Below, one piece after another: positions 15,666 to 24,746 of a DNA stretch of 25,238 nt (positions within the stretch are counted from its first letter, which is position 1; the number at the start of each line of letters is the position of its first letter). The DNA lies in IMG/VR virus record IMGVR_UViG_3300030207_003320, positions 1-25,238 of that record. One strand, given 5' to 3'. The position numbers were made by a program, and so were the translations under genes. The notes beneath the pieces are model-generated. The model had not been told where the DNA came from and did not search any database. It was given only the letters and a program-made list of their open reading frames with translations. Source of the DNA: a virus. Lineage: Duplodnaviria; Caudoviricetes.

Positions 15666-18140
15666 ATGAAGAAACTTTTATTTGCGCTTTTTATTTTACC
15701 GTGTTTAGTTTTTGCTCAACCACCTATAGACAGTCTGCCTCCTTTACCTTGTGGTGTTCAAGGTCTTCAAGGCCAGATTGATTGTTTTCCATTTGCACCA
15801 AACCAAGGTCAACTACAAGTTATGTGGGAGCCTTCTACTCCTGGTTGCGAGCCAATAGGATTTTACAGAGGTGACGACTTAGACGACTTACAGTTTGTCC
15901 CATACGGTCAGTGGTTTTTCAATAGTTTTTATGGAGGGGTGTCTTCTTCACCTGTATCAAATGATGAATATTACTTTATAGTAGAGTCTCCTGGTGAGAT
16001 TATGGATACATTAATTATTGAAAACCCTAACTGCGGTATAGGTTGTTTAGATTCTTTGGCTACAAACTACAATCCTTTTGCTGGTATAGAAAGTGAGTTT
16101 GGAGAGTCTTGTCAGTATGGTGAGGTGTCAGAATGTGGGGATCTATTTACACAAAAAGTGTATGTAAGTATTACGGCAGATACATATTCATCGTTTGAAA
16201 CAAGCTGGGAGATAGTTACTACAGACAGCATACCAGTAGTATTAGCTAGTGAGGATGTAGGTTTTTACCAAACAGAAGGACTTACTGTAACAACAGAATA
16301 TTGCATACCTCTTGGAGTAGAGTTTACCTTTAACATATACGACACGTTTGGAGACGGACTTGCAGGATCTACAACAGGAGGGTTTACCGATGGAGACGTT
16401 CTTGTGTATACAGAGTGTGGTAATACGATATACAGCATACTACCATTCGAAGGTCAGAATCCTGACTACGGATACGAGGCTATTAGTGAACCGAACTTAC
16501 TAAACCCCTGCCCCCCAGACAACCCTCCGTTTGGATGTTTAGATCCAGAATACTTAGAGTTTAATTCTCTTGCTACAAATAATGACTCTAATTTATGTGT
16601 AACTCCTGCTGTTCCAGGATGTCTTAACGAGAATGCATTTAACTATGATCCAGAGGCAAATATTATGGATTACATTCCTGAGTGTGAATACACGCTTATG
16701 CTATTTGACGGAGGTGGTGATGGTTGGGATGGATCTTATCTAGGTGTTGTGCAAGATGGTGAACCTATTGGTGCATTTACCTGCACAGAAGAACAAGCAT
16801 TCTATGATATAACAGTAAGCTCTCAAACGCACGTAGAGTTTAAGTTTTATGAAGTAGAGTTTGGCAGTTTCTTTGGTGAAGGTGGAACAAGTACTGACGT
16901 ATCACAATGTGGTTTTAAACTGATTAGTCCTAACGGCAACATAGTATTTGAAAAAGGAACTAATCCATGGTTAGATCCTATAGACCCTGATCAGGTATAT
17001 ACACCATACTTACGATGTGGTAATTACTGTGAGCCATATACCTATGGATGTTTAGATGAGACTGCTCAAAATTACAATCCTAACGTAAACACAGAAGATG
17101 GTAGTTGTTATTACCAAGCTGGATGTGCACAGGCTGGTTACTTAGAGTATTACACTCAAGGTTATGAAGCTGACTATGATGACGGTAGCTGTGAAACAAT
17201 AGCTGTATTTGGATGTATGGATCAAGATGCTTTTAACTATAACGAAGAGGCAAATGTAGATAATGAAGGTTGCGTTCCCGTGGTATTGGGATGTATGAAT
17301 TCTTTAGCGTATAATTATTTACCATCTGCAAATGTGGATGATGATAGCTGTATACCTTATATATATGGCTGCATGGATCCAGGAGCTTACAACTATGATC
17401 CTAATGCAAATATTGATGACGGGGAATGCGAGTCTTTTGTTTATGGATGCACCGACAATACTATGTTTAATTATAATCCCGCTGCAAATGCCGAATATGA
17501 CCCTACTAATTGTGAGCCTTACGTTTATGGGTGTACTGACCCTAGCATGCTTAACTATAACTCATCCGCTAACACAGAAGATTTTAGTTGTATTCCTTAC
17601 ATTTATGGCTGTACTGATAGCACTGCCCTTAATTATGATGAAATGGCTAATACAGACAACGGCTCGTGTATTGAAGTATTGGTCGACTGTATGGACCCTA
17701 ATGCTTTTAATTACAATGAGTTAGCAAATACTTCTGATGAAGAAGCTTGCTTATATGATGCAGGATGTATAGGTGGGCCTGGTGAACCGTACTGGCTTAA
17801 CGATGGTTGTTATGCTTGGATTATAGACATCGACCCATACTGTTGTGAGGTTGCATGGGATGAAACATGCGTAGATCTTTACTCGTACTGTGAGCAAGGT
17901 TGGCCACAAGGTGTATACGACATAGATGATATATATAATGTATACCCAAACCCAACAAGCGGATTGCTATACATACAAGCTCCATCAACTGCGGTGGTGT
18001 CTTTGTATAACTATTTAGGTCAAGTTGTTATACAAACTTCTAACAAGACTATAGACCTCTCACATCTTTCTAACGGTGTGTACGAAGTGGTAATACAATA
18101 CAACTCTAGAATTATTAAAAAGAAAATTATTAAATCATGA
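15666..18140 (+). CDS. Secreted Cys-repeat protein with T9SS type A C-terminal sorting domain
   Basis: Signal peptide MKKLLFALFILPCLVFAQ; about 12 GCxD.xA.NYN..A..DDGSC units; C-terminal VYPNPTSG...YNYLGQ...IDLSHLSNGVY...KKIIK (TIGR04183-type). Confidence 0.88.
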   Translation: MKKLLFALFILPCLVFAQPPIDSLPPLPCGVQGLQGQIDCFPFAPNQGQLQVMWEPSTPGCEPIGFYRGDDLDDLQFVPYGQWFFNSFYGGVSSSPVSNDEYYFIVESPGEIMDTLIIENPNCGIGCLDSLATNYNPFAGIESEFGESCQYGEVSECGDLFTQKVYVSITADTYSSFETSWEIVTTDSIPVVLASEDVGFYQTEGLTVTTEYCIPLGVEFTFNIYDTFGDGLAGSTTGGFTDGDVLVYTECGNTIYSILPFEGQNPDYGYEAISEPNLLNPCPPDNPPFGCLDPEYLEFNSLATNNDSNLCVTPAVPGCLNENAFNYDPEANIMDYIPECEYTLMLFDGGGDGWDGSYLGVVQDGEPIGAFTCTEEQAFYDITVSSQTHVEFKFYEVEFGSFFGEGGTSTDVSQCGFKLISPNGNIVFEKGTNPWLDPIDPDQVYTPYLRCGNYCEPYTYGCLDETAQNYNPNVNTEDGSCYYQAGCAQAGYLEYYTQGYEADYDDGSCETIAVFGCMDQDAFNYNEEANVDNEGCVPVVLGCMNSLAYNYLPSANVDDDSCIPYIYGCMDPGAYNYDPNANIDDGECESFVYGCTDNTMFNYNPAANAEYDPTNCEPYVYGCTDPSMLNYNSSANTEDFSCIPYIYGCTDSTALNYDEMANTDNGSCIEVLVDCMDPNAFNYNELANTSDEEACLYDAGCIGGPGEPYWLNDGCYAWIIDIDPYCCEVAWDETCVDLYSYCEQGWPQGVYDIDDIYNVYPNPTSGLLYIQAPSTAVVSLYNYLGQVVIQTSNKTIDLSHLSNGVYEVVIQYNSRIIKKKIIKS
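17046..17750 (+). repeat. Tandem ~27-aa Cys/Asp/Asn coding repeats (9 units)
   Basis: GCLDETAQNYNP, GCAQAGY, GCMDQDAFNYN, GCMNSLAYNY, GCMDPGAYNYDP, GCTDNTMFNYNP, GCTDPSMLNYN, GCTDSTALNYD, DCMDPNAFNYN. Confidence 0.85.
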
Positions 18141-18286
18141 AGATTAATTGGATAAACAGCTGGAACGCTGGAAACAAAAAAGAAGTGTACGAGCTTTCTT
18201 TTAGGCTAGGAACGCTTACAGTATTAGAAGTAAGCTACGGAAGTAAGTTTAGATTTATGATATTAAACCTTGGATTCGAAGTGTGA
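18137..18286 (+). CDS. Small hypothetical protein (49 aa)
   Basis: Not in track. MKINWINSWNAGNKKEVYELSFRLGTLTVLEVSYGSKFRFMILNLGFEV*; ATGA overlap upstream and TGATG overlap downstream fill the gap exactly. Confidence 0.75.
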   Translation: MKINWINSWNAGNKKEVYELSFRLGTLTVLEVSYGSKFRFMILNLGFEV

Positions 18287-19359
18287 TGACACATAAAAGA
18301 GATCTTACTCCAATAATTTATATTGCTATAATGATCCTAGTGTTTATGCTAGGTACATCGATAGAAGCAAAAGGACAGACTCTAAAAAAGACATTTAAGT
18401 TTGCTACATTCTACACAGCTTTTAGTGGGGGTAACTCTGTAGCTGATGACAATATTTATTCTGTCACTAATGGACTGCAAACGGATGTATTAGAAACTCC
18501 TTTTGATTATTCTTTTACAGCAGGTGTTCGTAAGATTGCTAGGTTTGGTTACGAAAACAGAGCTAACGTATTCTATGATGGTACAGAAAAGTCATACAGT
18601 GATGCTGCTACTATAGGTAGAGTAAAAGGTTTTGAGTTTTTGTTTGAAGCTGACTGGCGTAGACAGCAGGGTAGAAACTTTTTAGATCAAGATTATTTCT
18701 TACGATACGTAGCTAAAAACTGGATAGCTAAAGCTGAATACCTGCAAGATGGTTTTGCTGATGTAGAATATTTTGAGGGATCTCAAAGATTAAGACTCAA
18801 TGCAAATGACCGTCTTAGTTTTAATATTGGAGTGGCTCAGCGTATATCTGAACCATACGGATATAATCCTTTGGAAGAGTGGGTGTTATCAAACAACAAC
18901 ATACATTACACAAGCCTTGCTTTACAAGAAGGTTATACTGTAGACGTACAAGGTGGGGAATACTTTGCCCCTGACGGTACACTTGTAGCTAATAGCGTCG
19001 ATGTATGGGAGCAGGTTGTTATACCTCAAGTTATTAACGACTATGTTGCTAGGAAAAGAAGCGAGCTTCCGAGTGTATGGAATTACTCTTTAGTTGTAGG
19101 GTATGACTACTACAAGTACTCTAAGGAATTTTGGATGCACAACTGGGTGAGCGTAATGCCTTATCATCTTAAGACAGACGATGAGTATTCTTACTTTGAA
19201 ACCACTGAAGGGGGGCAATGGTTAGATTACGGTGCAGGCCTTATCTTTGGGTGGAGGTTAAATAAGAGTCTTGGCGTATTCTTAGAAGGTAAATACAATA
19301 AGTATTGGAATCGAGAATGGCACGATTTCTCTGTCGGATTAAACTATGTGATATTGTAA
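18286..19359 (+). CDS. Putative outer-membrane beta-barrel protein
   Basis: Signal peptide; alternating aromatic strands; C-terminal GLIFGWRL..SLGVFLEGKY...FSVGLNYVIL. Start moved to ATG 18286. Confidence 0.65.
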   Translation: MTHKRDLTPIIYIAIMILVFMLGTSIEAKGQTLKKTFKFATFYTAFSGGNSVADDNIYSVTNGLQTDVLETPFDYSFTAGVRKIARFGYENRANVFYDGTEKSYSDAATIGRVKGFEFLFEADWRRQQGRNFLDQDYFLRYVAKNWIAKAEYLQDGFADVEYFEGSQRLRLNANDRLSFNIGVAQRISEPYGYNPLEEWVLSNNNIHYTSLALQEGYTVDVQGGEYFAPDGTLVANSVDVWEQVVIPQVINDYVARKRSELPSVWNYSLVVGYDYYKYSKEFWMHNWVSVMPYHLKTDDEYSYFETTEGGQWLDYGAGLIFGWRLNKSLGVFLEGKYNKYWNREWHDFSVGLNYVIL

Positions 19360-19643
19360 TGGCTAAACAAATTGGAGAAGATACTAAAGTAACACTAGAC
19401 CTAAAGACAATAGGTATGGGTATAGCAGGGCTAGCAGCCCTTATTGGGATGTGGTTTGCTCTTCAAGCAGACATAGCTTTAGCCATGGAGCTACCAGAAC
19501 CAGCAGATCCAGAGATTACACGCATGGAGTTTGACATGAAAGATCAGTTAGTGCGTCAAACAATTATGACTACGCAAGAGGATGTGTCAGAACTTAAAGA
19601 AGATCTAGACCGCATCGAAGAAAAAATAGATAAACTACAATGA
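19359..19643 (+). CDS. Single-TM protein with C-terminal coiled coil
   Basis: Start moved to ATG 19359 (TAATG overlap); TM IGMGIAGLAALIGMWFAL; heptads VSELKEDLDRIEEKIDKL. Confidence 0.75.
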   Translation: MAKQIGEDTKVTLDLKTIGMGIAGLAALIGMWFALQADIALAMELPEPADPEITRMEFDMKDQLVRQTIMTTQEDVSELKEDLDRIEEKIDKLQ

Positions 19644-19978
19644 AGAATTTAATCTACATATGTTTGTTTGCAGTGACATTTCTTAGTATGACTATACCAG
19701 ATTCAGGAGTGTGTGTTGTTGAGTTTAACGCAAGTTTTAACTCTGCCAATAGTGTAGATTGGATTGACGACTTAAGTGATTGTAAAGGAAGGCGTGTAGA
19801 TATAGTCTCTGAACCAGCGTTACAAAAAGAACATAAAATTGTTGTGGTCCCAACAGTTATTGTATTTAATGACGGAGAAGAAGTAGAAAGGTTCCAGGCT
19901 AATATTATGATGCAACTTGAAGCTACACAAGATGATGTGCAAGAGGCGGTTGATGAAATTATAATGAGTGCATTCTAA
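19640..19978 (+). CDS. Exported thioredoxin-fold protein lacking CxxC
   Basis: Hydrophobic N-terminus; VVEFNASF, IVVVPTVIVFNDGEEVERF (cis-Pro region of the Trx fold); no CxxC. Confidence 0.65.
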   Translation: MKNLIYICLFAVTFLSMTIPDSGVCVVEFNASFNSANSVDWIDDLSDCKGRRVDIVSEPALQKEHKIVVVPTVIVFNDGEEVERFQANIMMQLEATQDDVQEAVDEIIMSAF

Positions 19979-20271
19979 TGAAAGCAAAAAAGAAAGACTC
20001 AAGATTAAAAAGAGCTGGAGTATCTGGATACAACAAACCTAAGCGTACGCCTAACCATCCCAAAAAGTCTCATATAGTTGTAGCTAAAGTTGGGGATAAG
20101 ATTAAGACAATTAGATTTGGACAACAAGGTGCTAGCACTGCGGGTAAACCTAAAGCAGGTGAGTCTAGTAGAATGAAAAAGAAACGTGCAAGCTTTAAAG
20201 CAAGACACAGACGTAATATTAAAAAGGGTAAAATGAGCGCAGCATACTGGGCTAATAGAGTAAAGTGGTAA
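19978..20271 (+). CDS. Small highly basic phage protein
   Basis: KTIRFGQQG...RASFKARH...SAAYWA motif; Lys/Arg-rich. Confidence 0.8.
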   Translation: MKAKKKDSRLKRAGVSGYNKPKRTPNHPKKSHIVVAKVGDKIKTIRFGQQGASTAGKPKAGESSRMKKKRASFKARHRRNIKKGKMSAAYWANRVKW

Positions 20272-20462
20272 TGAAAACAGTAAAAGGAAAGCAAACTAAA
20301 AATTTTACTATTGTAAATAAAACAAAATCTATTGACCCTCCTAAAGGTTTTCACTGGATGGAAGATAGCGGTAGATATTATTTAATGGAGGGTGATTACA
20401 AGCCTCACCCTGGTGCTGTTGCTAAAGCTAAATTTAAAATTGCTACTCATAAAAAGAAATGA
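20271..20462 (+). CDS. Small basic hypothetical protein
   Basis: Start moved to ATG 20271 (TAATG); PPKGFHWM motif. Confidence 0.75.
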   Translation: MKTVKGKQTKNFTIVNKTKSIDPPKGFHWMEDSGRYYLMEGDYKPHPGAVAKAKFKIATHKKK

Positions 20463-20605
20463 AGATTAATAAAAAATATCTTAAGGGTAGCAAGAATCCT
20501 AAACGAAGAGCTGAGCTTATTCGTAAGATTGCTGCTATATATAAAAAAGGTAAACCGTATCCAAAAAACTTGGATGCTTTAATGAAAGAAAGAGATAAGC
20601 TATGA
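20459..20605 (+). CDS. Small basic hypothetical protein (48 aa)
   Basis: Not in track. MKINKKYLKGSKNPKRRAELIRKIAAIYKKGKPYPKNLDALMKERDKL*; ATGA overlaps at both ends. Confidence 0.75.
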   Translation: MKINKKYLKGSKNPKRRAELIRKIAAIYKKGKPYPKNLDALMKERDKL

Positions 20606-20928
20606 AGGTAAAAAAGAAAAATAAACCAGAGTACAAAAAAGGGGGTAAGTTCCCAGATCTTAATAAAGACGGGAAGATAACTCAAGCTGACATCCTTAAA
20701 GGAAGAGGAGTATTTAAGAAAGGAGGTAAGAAAGGTGGCGGCATGTCTGGGCTTGATGCCGCAGAAAAACAAGTGTACAAGCGAGGCCTTGCTGCTTACA
20801 TGAGTTCTGGTAACAGACCTAAGACATCTCAACACGCTTGGGCTATGGCTCGTGTAAAGAGTGCTTTCGGAAAGAGAGAGGCAGCTAAGATTAGAGCTGG
20901 TGGAGGTAAAAAGAAGAAAAAGAAATAA
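20602..20928 (+). CDS. Basic protein with EF-hand-like loop and VYKRGLAAY...WAMARV domain
   Basis: DLNKDGKITQAD flanked by YKKGG and FKKGG; poly-Lys tail. Confidence 0.8.
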   Translation: MKVKKKNKPEYKKGGKFPDLNKDGKITQADILKGRGVFKKGGKKGGGMSGLDAAEKQVYKRGLAAYMSSGNRPKTSQHAWAMARVKSAFGKREAAKIRAGGGKKKKKK

Positions 20929-20932
20929 TAAC

Positions 20933-20940
20933 TATATTTG
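20933..20940 (+). promoter_or_regulatory. -7 promoter element TATATTTG
   Basis: Intergenic, 18 nt before ATG 20959. Confidence 0.65.
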
Positions 20941-20958
20941 CATAAATAACTATTAATT

Positions 20959-21378
20959 ATGGCAACAACAACTGCAACATTAACACTTTCGAGCGCTGAC
21001 CTAACTGGTGACGCTCTATCGTTGTCTACAACGGCAACACTTACAAAAGCTAATACAGTAACTGGATTAGATCAGACTACTGGGGTAGGCAGAAAAACAA
21101 CTGCGTCTAGCTCATTAATTAATCTATTCGAAGGTAGCGAATACACAGCTGCTAAAGCTCATAAGCTTTACGTTAGAAACACTAGCACTGTAGCTACTGA
21201 GTACTTTACTATTTCTATTGGTGATTCTGGAGGCTCTCCAGAAGAGATTGGAAGGCTTTACGCAGGAGACTGGATGTTTATTCCTTGGTCTGCACACGAT
21301 GCAGCAAACGACATCTGTGTTACTCCTAGCGAAAGTACTACGATGACTTTAGAGTATATGCTAATTTTTGAAGCGTAA
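20959..21378 (+). CDS. Putative capsid decoration/auxiliary protein
   Basis: Thr-rich; LYVRN...GRLYAGDWMFIPW; upstream of scaffold and MCP. Confidence 0.6.
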   Translation: MATTTATLTLSSADLTGDALSLSTTATLTKANTVTGLDQTTGVGRKTTASSSLINLFEGSEYTAAKAHKLYVRNTSTVATEYFTISIGDSGGSPEEIGRLYAGDWMFIPWSAHDAANDICVTPSESTTMTLEYMLIFEA

Positions 21379-21782
21379 TGGGTAGCGCACGAGCTTCATT
21401 AAGATTAGTGTCTTCAGATGTGTTTACCACTTCTGTTGATATTAGTACAGCTGCATCTATTATCGCTGATGGTGGATCTATTGGGCGTGCTAAAGTTTTA
21501 AAAACTTCAGAGCATGCTAATGCGTTAGTAGTATACAAGGCTAATGACAAGCTCGTAAATGCAAATCTCTATGTAAAAAACTTAGAGGGAGAAAAAGAAA
21601 GTTACGTTTACCTATATAACGACACTGACTCAGACGCTCTTGTTGCTAAGATTCCAGGCGGTGAGTTTGCTTTTATTCCAGTTGCAGTGGATAAAACATA
21701 TAAAGTGTACGCTACAAGAGTAGACAGCTTAGTTGAATTTGCTGTCTTTGGATTAGACAGATCAGATGTAACATTATCATAA
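21378..21782 (+). CDS. Paralogue of the preceding putative decoration protein
   Basis: LYVKN...AKIPGGEFAFIPV aligns by eye with 20959..21378. Confidence 0.6.
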   Translation: MGSARASLRLVSSDVFTTSVDISTAASIIADGGSIGRAKVLKTSEHANALVVYKANDKLVNANLYVKNLEGEKESYVYLYNDTDSDALVAKIPGGEFAFIPVAVDKTYKVYATRVDSLVEFAVFGLDRSDVTLS

Positions 21783-22141
21783 TGAGTAAATTATCAAACA
21801 ACGGTAACGCAAACAAGATGGCCTTTGGTCAATATGGTTGTTCGTTTACAAATACAAACACTACACTACGACCACCAGCAGGTCACGTAATTGTAGCTAT
21901 TCAGTTTTTATCTAACACTACTTTTGATGAGCTATCTCCAGTAGGAGGAGCTGCAAGTTTATCTTTTGGTGACGATACTCTAGAAGTAGGTAATGCTTTA
22001 TCTGGAGGACAAGTTATTAACGCAGCAGCTGATTCTGACTTAACAGTTTTCCCAGAAGGAATGACTATCTATGGTAGATGGCAAAGCTTTACTATTGATG
22101 CTGATGCTACAGGAGGTGTGATTGCATACTTCGGAGAATAA
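21782..22141 (+). CDS. Putative structural protein
   Basis: 119 aa, beta-type; AIQFL...FPEGMTIYGRW...VIAY. Confidence 0.6.
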   Translation: MSKLSNNGNANKMAFGQYGCSFTNTNTTLRPPAGHVIVAIQFLSNTTFDELSPVGGAASLSFGDDTLEVGNALSGGQVINAAADSDLTVFPEGMTIYGRWQSFTIDADATGGVIAYFGE

Positions 22142-22162
22142 AATAAATTAATTTAATATAAT

Positions 22163-23224
22163 ATGAGTGAAGAAACTTTTGACAAATTAGAATTTGTCGA
22201 CACTCCTGAGCAGCTTCAGGAGTCAATACAGGCTGACCTGCAGGGTCAACCACAAACAGAACAACAACCACAGGAGGCTGTCTCTCAACCAACAGAACAG
22301 ACTCAACCTGAGGTTCAAGACTTTCAGCAAGAATCTGCACCGACGGGTGTTGAATCTTCTGAAGAATATAGTGATGAAGACGTTGAATCGGGAGTCCTTA
22401 GTTTTCTCAGCGAAAGGCTGGGCAGAGAAGTTTCGAGTTTTGATGATCTAACTCCAACGCAACAAGAAGCTTTCAGCGACGAAAGAGTTAAAGCAATAGC
22501 AGACTTTGTTGAAACGACAGGTCGCTCGCCTAGAGATTGGTTTGCATACCAGTCGCTTAACCCATCCGAAATGGATGATGCGACAGCAGTAAGAGTTAAT
22601 CTTGCAGCGGAATATCCAAACCTAGCTCCTGATGAAATTAACTTACTCATTAAAGATAAGTACAAGTTAGACTCTGACCTCTATTCTGACGACGAGTTAA
22701 AACTTTCAAAGTTGCAATTAAAAATTGATGCTCAGAAAGCAAAGCAATCTATTGAAGAACTTCGACAGAGGTACAATGCTCCTGATCCATCAGTTTCACC
22801 GCAGTCAATAGTTACTGAAGACTGGGTTGGTGAAATGTCTACAGAGCTTGACAACATGACTGGAGTTGAGTTTGATTTAGGCAACGGTAGATCTTTTACG
22901 TATGGTCTAGATGACAATACAAGATCAACTATTAAAGACGCTAACTCACGTTTAGATAACTACTTTGACCGCTACATAAGGGATGACGGAAGTTGGGATT
23001 TTGACACACTTAATTCTCACAGACTTGTTCTAGAGAACATTGACTCTATTGTTTCTAGCGCTTATAGACAAGGGCTAGGCGATGGTCAAAAGAATCTAGT
23101 TAACAAAGCTGCGAACGTAAGTGTTGATCCAGCACGCCGTCCAGATAATCAAAATATCAACTCTGTTGCTGAACAACTAAAACAACAATTAGGCAACAGA
23201 GGTGTTATGAATGTTAAAATTTAA
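22163..23224 (+). CDS. Putative capsid scaffolding protein
   Basis: Acidic, Gln/Glu-rich disordered N-terminus and helical core; immediately before the MCP. Confidence 0.65.
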   Translation: MSEETFDKLEFVDTPEQLQESIQADLQGQPQTEQQPQEAVSQPTEQTQPEVQDFQQESAPTGVESSEEYSDEDVESGVLSFLSERLGREVSSFDDLTPTQQEAFSDERVKAIADFVETTGRSPRDWFAYQSLNPSEMDDATAVRVNLAAEYPNLAPDEINLLIKDKYKLDSDLYSDDELKLSKLQLKIDAQKAKQSIEELRQRYNAPDPSVSPQSIVTEDWVGEMSTELDNMTGVEFDLGNGRSFTYGLDDNTRSTIKDANSRLDNYFDRYIRDDGSWDFDTLNSHRLVLENIDSIVSSAYRQGLGDGQKNLVNKAANVSVDPARRPDNQNINSVAEQLKQQLGNRGVMNVKI

Positions 23225-23237
23225 AAACTAAGAAAAC

Positions 23238-24731
23238 ATGGCAATTACACCAAGTAATGTAGCCGATGCAACGCCAGTTTCAGGTGGTATTACTAACTCA
23301 CCAGATAAGTATACTACTGTAGAAGAACTGTTAGCGTATAATAAGCCAGACGTACGCGATGAGCTTATTAAGGCATACGGCGATCAAGGGATCACAGGGT
23401 TCCTTAAAATGACAGGAGCTGTTCGTTCAGGTGGTACAGCTGATTTTATAACATGGTTCGAAGAGGGCCGTCGTCACACGAACTTTGAGTTCAGTGGCTC
23501 TACTATTACTGGATCTGATGCAGACGGTATTAAAGGTATCGAACTTGTATTATCTAAAGTAAACGGAACTGCTGTAGGCTCTATTTCTGCTGGTTTAGGC
23601 GGAGCTGTAACTAAAGCTGAGCAGGTTCTTAATGTAGGTGATGTTCTTTTATCTCATATTACTGGACACGTTTACATTGTGAGAAGCTTAGACCTTTCGG
23701 CAGACCTTTCTACTGCTGCTGATCTAGACGTTATCGTAAGTCGTATGGACGGTACTGATGGATCTTCATCAATGGAGGGAACAGGAGCTGTTTCAATGGC
23801 TCTTATTGGTAGCGCACACCCAGAGGGTCAAGCTGCTGGAGCACGTAGTGCTTTCCAAAAAGCTAACGTAAACAAGCTAAACAACTCATACAACATCGTT
23901 AAAGACATGTACCAGGTTACTGGTTCTGCTGCTACTAACATTGGTTACGTAAACATCGGAAACGGTGATTACCGTTGGTACATCAAAGGAGAGCAAGAAA
24001 CTCGTGCACGTTTTATGGATAAGCGTGAGATGATGATGCTTTTCTCTGCTAAGTCGAATCAAAACGATCAAGGCGTTTCAACTATTGCAGATCTTCCTGG
24101 TGATATCCCAGGGTCTGAAGGTTACTTCGCTGCTGTAGCTGCACGTGGTATCACTGCTACTGGAGATTCTACTACTAGAATTTTTGATGAACTAGCTTCT
24201 ATTGATAACATTCTTATCGAGCTTGATAAAGAAGGAGCGCCAGCTGAGTACGCTATGTACTTAGACCGTCGTACTTCTCTTGATATTGATGATATGTTAG
24301 CTAATGGAGTTGCTACTCAAAACACTGCAGGTCTACCAGGACAGTTTGGAGCATTTAATAACGATGCGGATCTAGCTGTAAAGCTTGGATTCAAATCATT
24401 CACTCGTGGTGGATACACATTCCACAAGCACGACTGGAAGCTTATGAATGACCCACAGCTAGTTGGAGGTATGACAGCTGCTGAGTACAGAGGAGCAATG
24501 ATTCCAATGGCATCTTACGTAGATCCTAACTCTGGTGTTTCTGCACCAGCTCTTGAAATGGTTTACAAAGAGGTTAACGGATACTCTCGTGAGCTAGAGC
24601 ACTGGGTAACTGGTGGTGCGGTAATTGGCAATAAGACAGATGATTCTGATATTGCTAAGTTCCACTACCGTTCTGAGTGTCAGCTAGTGACTCGCGCTGC
24701 TAACCAGCACGTAGTTCTTCGCGGAGCATAA
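23238..24731 (+). CDS. Major capsid protein
   Basis: 497 aa after the scaffold; biased codon use (cgt, gct, aac); WFEEGR, IVKD.Y.VTGS, GFKSF.RGGYTF; followed by a stable hairpin. Confidence 0.82.
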   Translation: MAITPSNVADATPVSGGITNSPDKYTTVEELLAYNKPDVRDELIKAYGDQGITGFLKMTGAVRSGGTADFITWFEEGRRHTNFEFSGSTITGSDADGIKGIELVLSKVNGTAVGSISAGLGGAVTKAEQVLNVGDVLLSHITGHVYIVRSLDLSADLSTAADLDVIVSRMDGTDGSSSMEGTGAVSMALIGSAHPEGQAAGARSAFQKANVNKLNNSYNIVKDMYQVTGSAATNIGYVNIGNGDYRWYIKGEQETRARFMDKREMMMLFSAKSNQNDQGVSTIADLPGDIPGSEGYFAAVAARGITATGDSTTRIFDELASIDNILIELDKEGAPAEYAMYLDRRTSLDIDDMLANGVATQNTAGLPGQFGAFNNDADLAVKLGFKSFTRGGYTFHKHDWKLMNDPQLVGGMTAAEYRGAMIPMASYVDPNSGVSAPALEMVYKEVNGYSRELEHWVTGGAVIGNKTDDSDIAKFHYRSECQLVTRAANQHVVLRGA

Positions 24732-24746
24732 TATTAACTAAGTGAT

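Noticed and set aside
17046-17750. CRISPR array or DGR template/variable repeat pair
   Set aside because: Repeats are in-frame protein repeats with synonymous divergence; no identical repeats with spacers, no adenine-specific pair, no reverse transcriptase or cas gene.
19359-19978. Canonical i-spanin/o-spanin pair
   Set aside because: The first gene fits a TM coiled coil, but the second has a thioredoxin-like fold and no clear lipobox cysteine after its hydrophobic segment.
8164-24071. Remaining short alternative-frame ORFs inside the GroES-like gene, terL, portal, T9SS cargo, basic-protein, scaffold and MCP genes
   Set aside because: Nested in or overlapping long, motif-supported CDSs; no independent signals.
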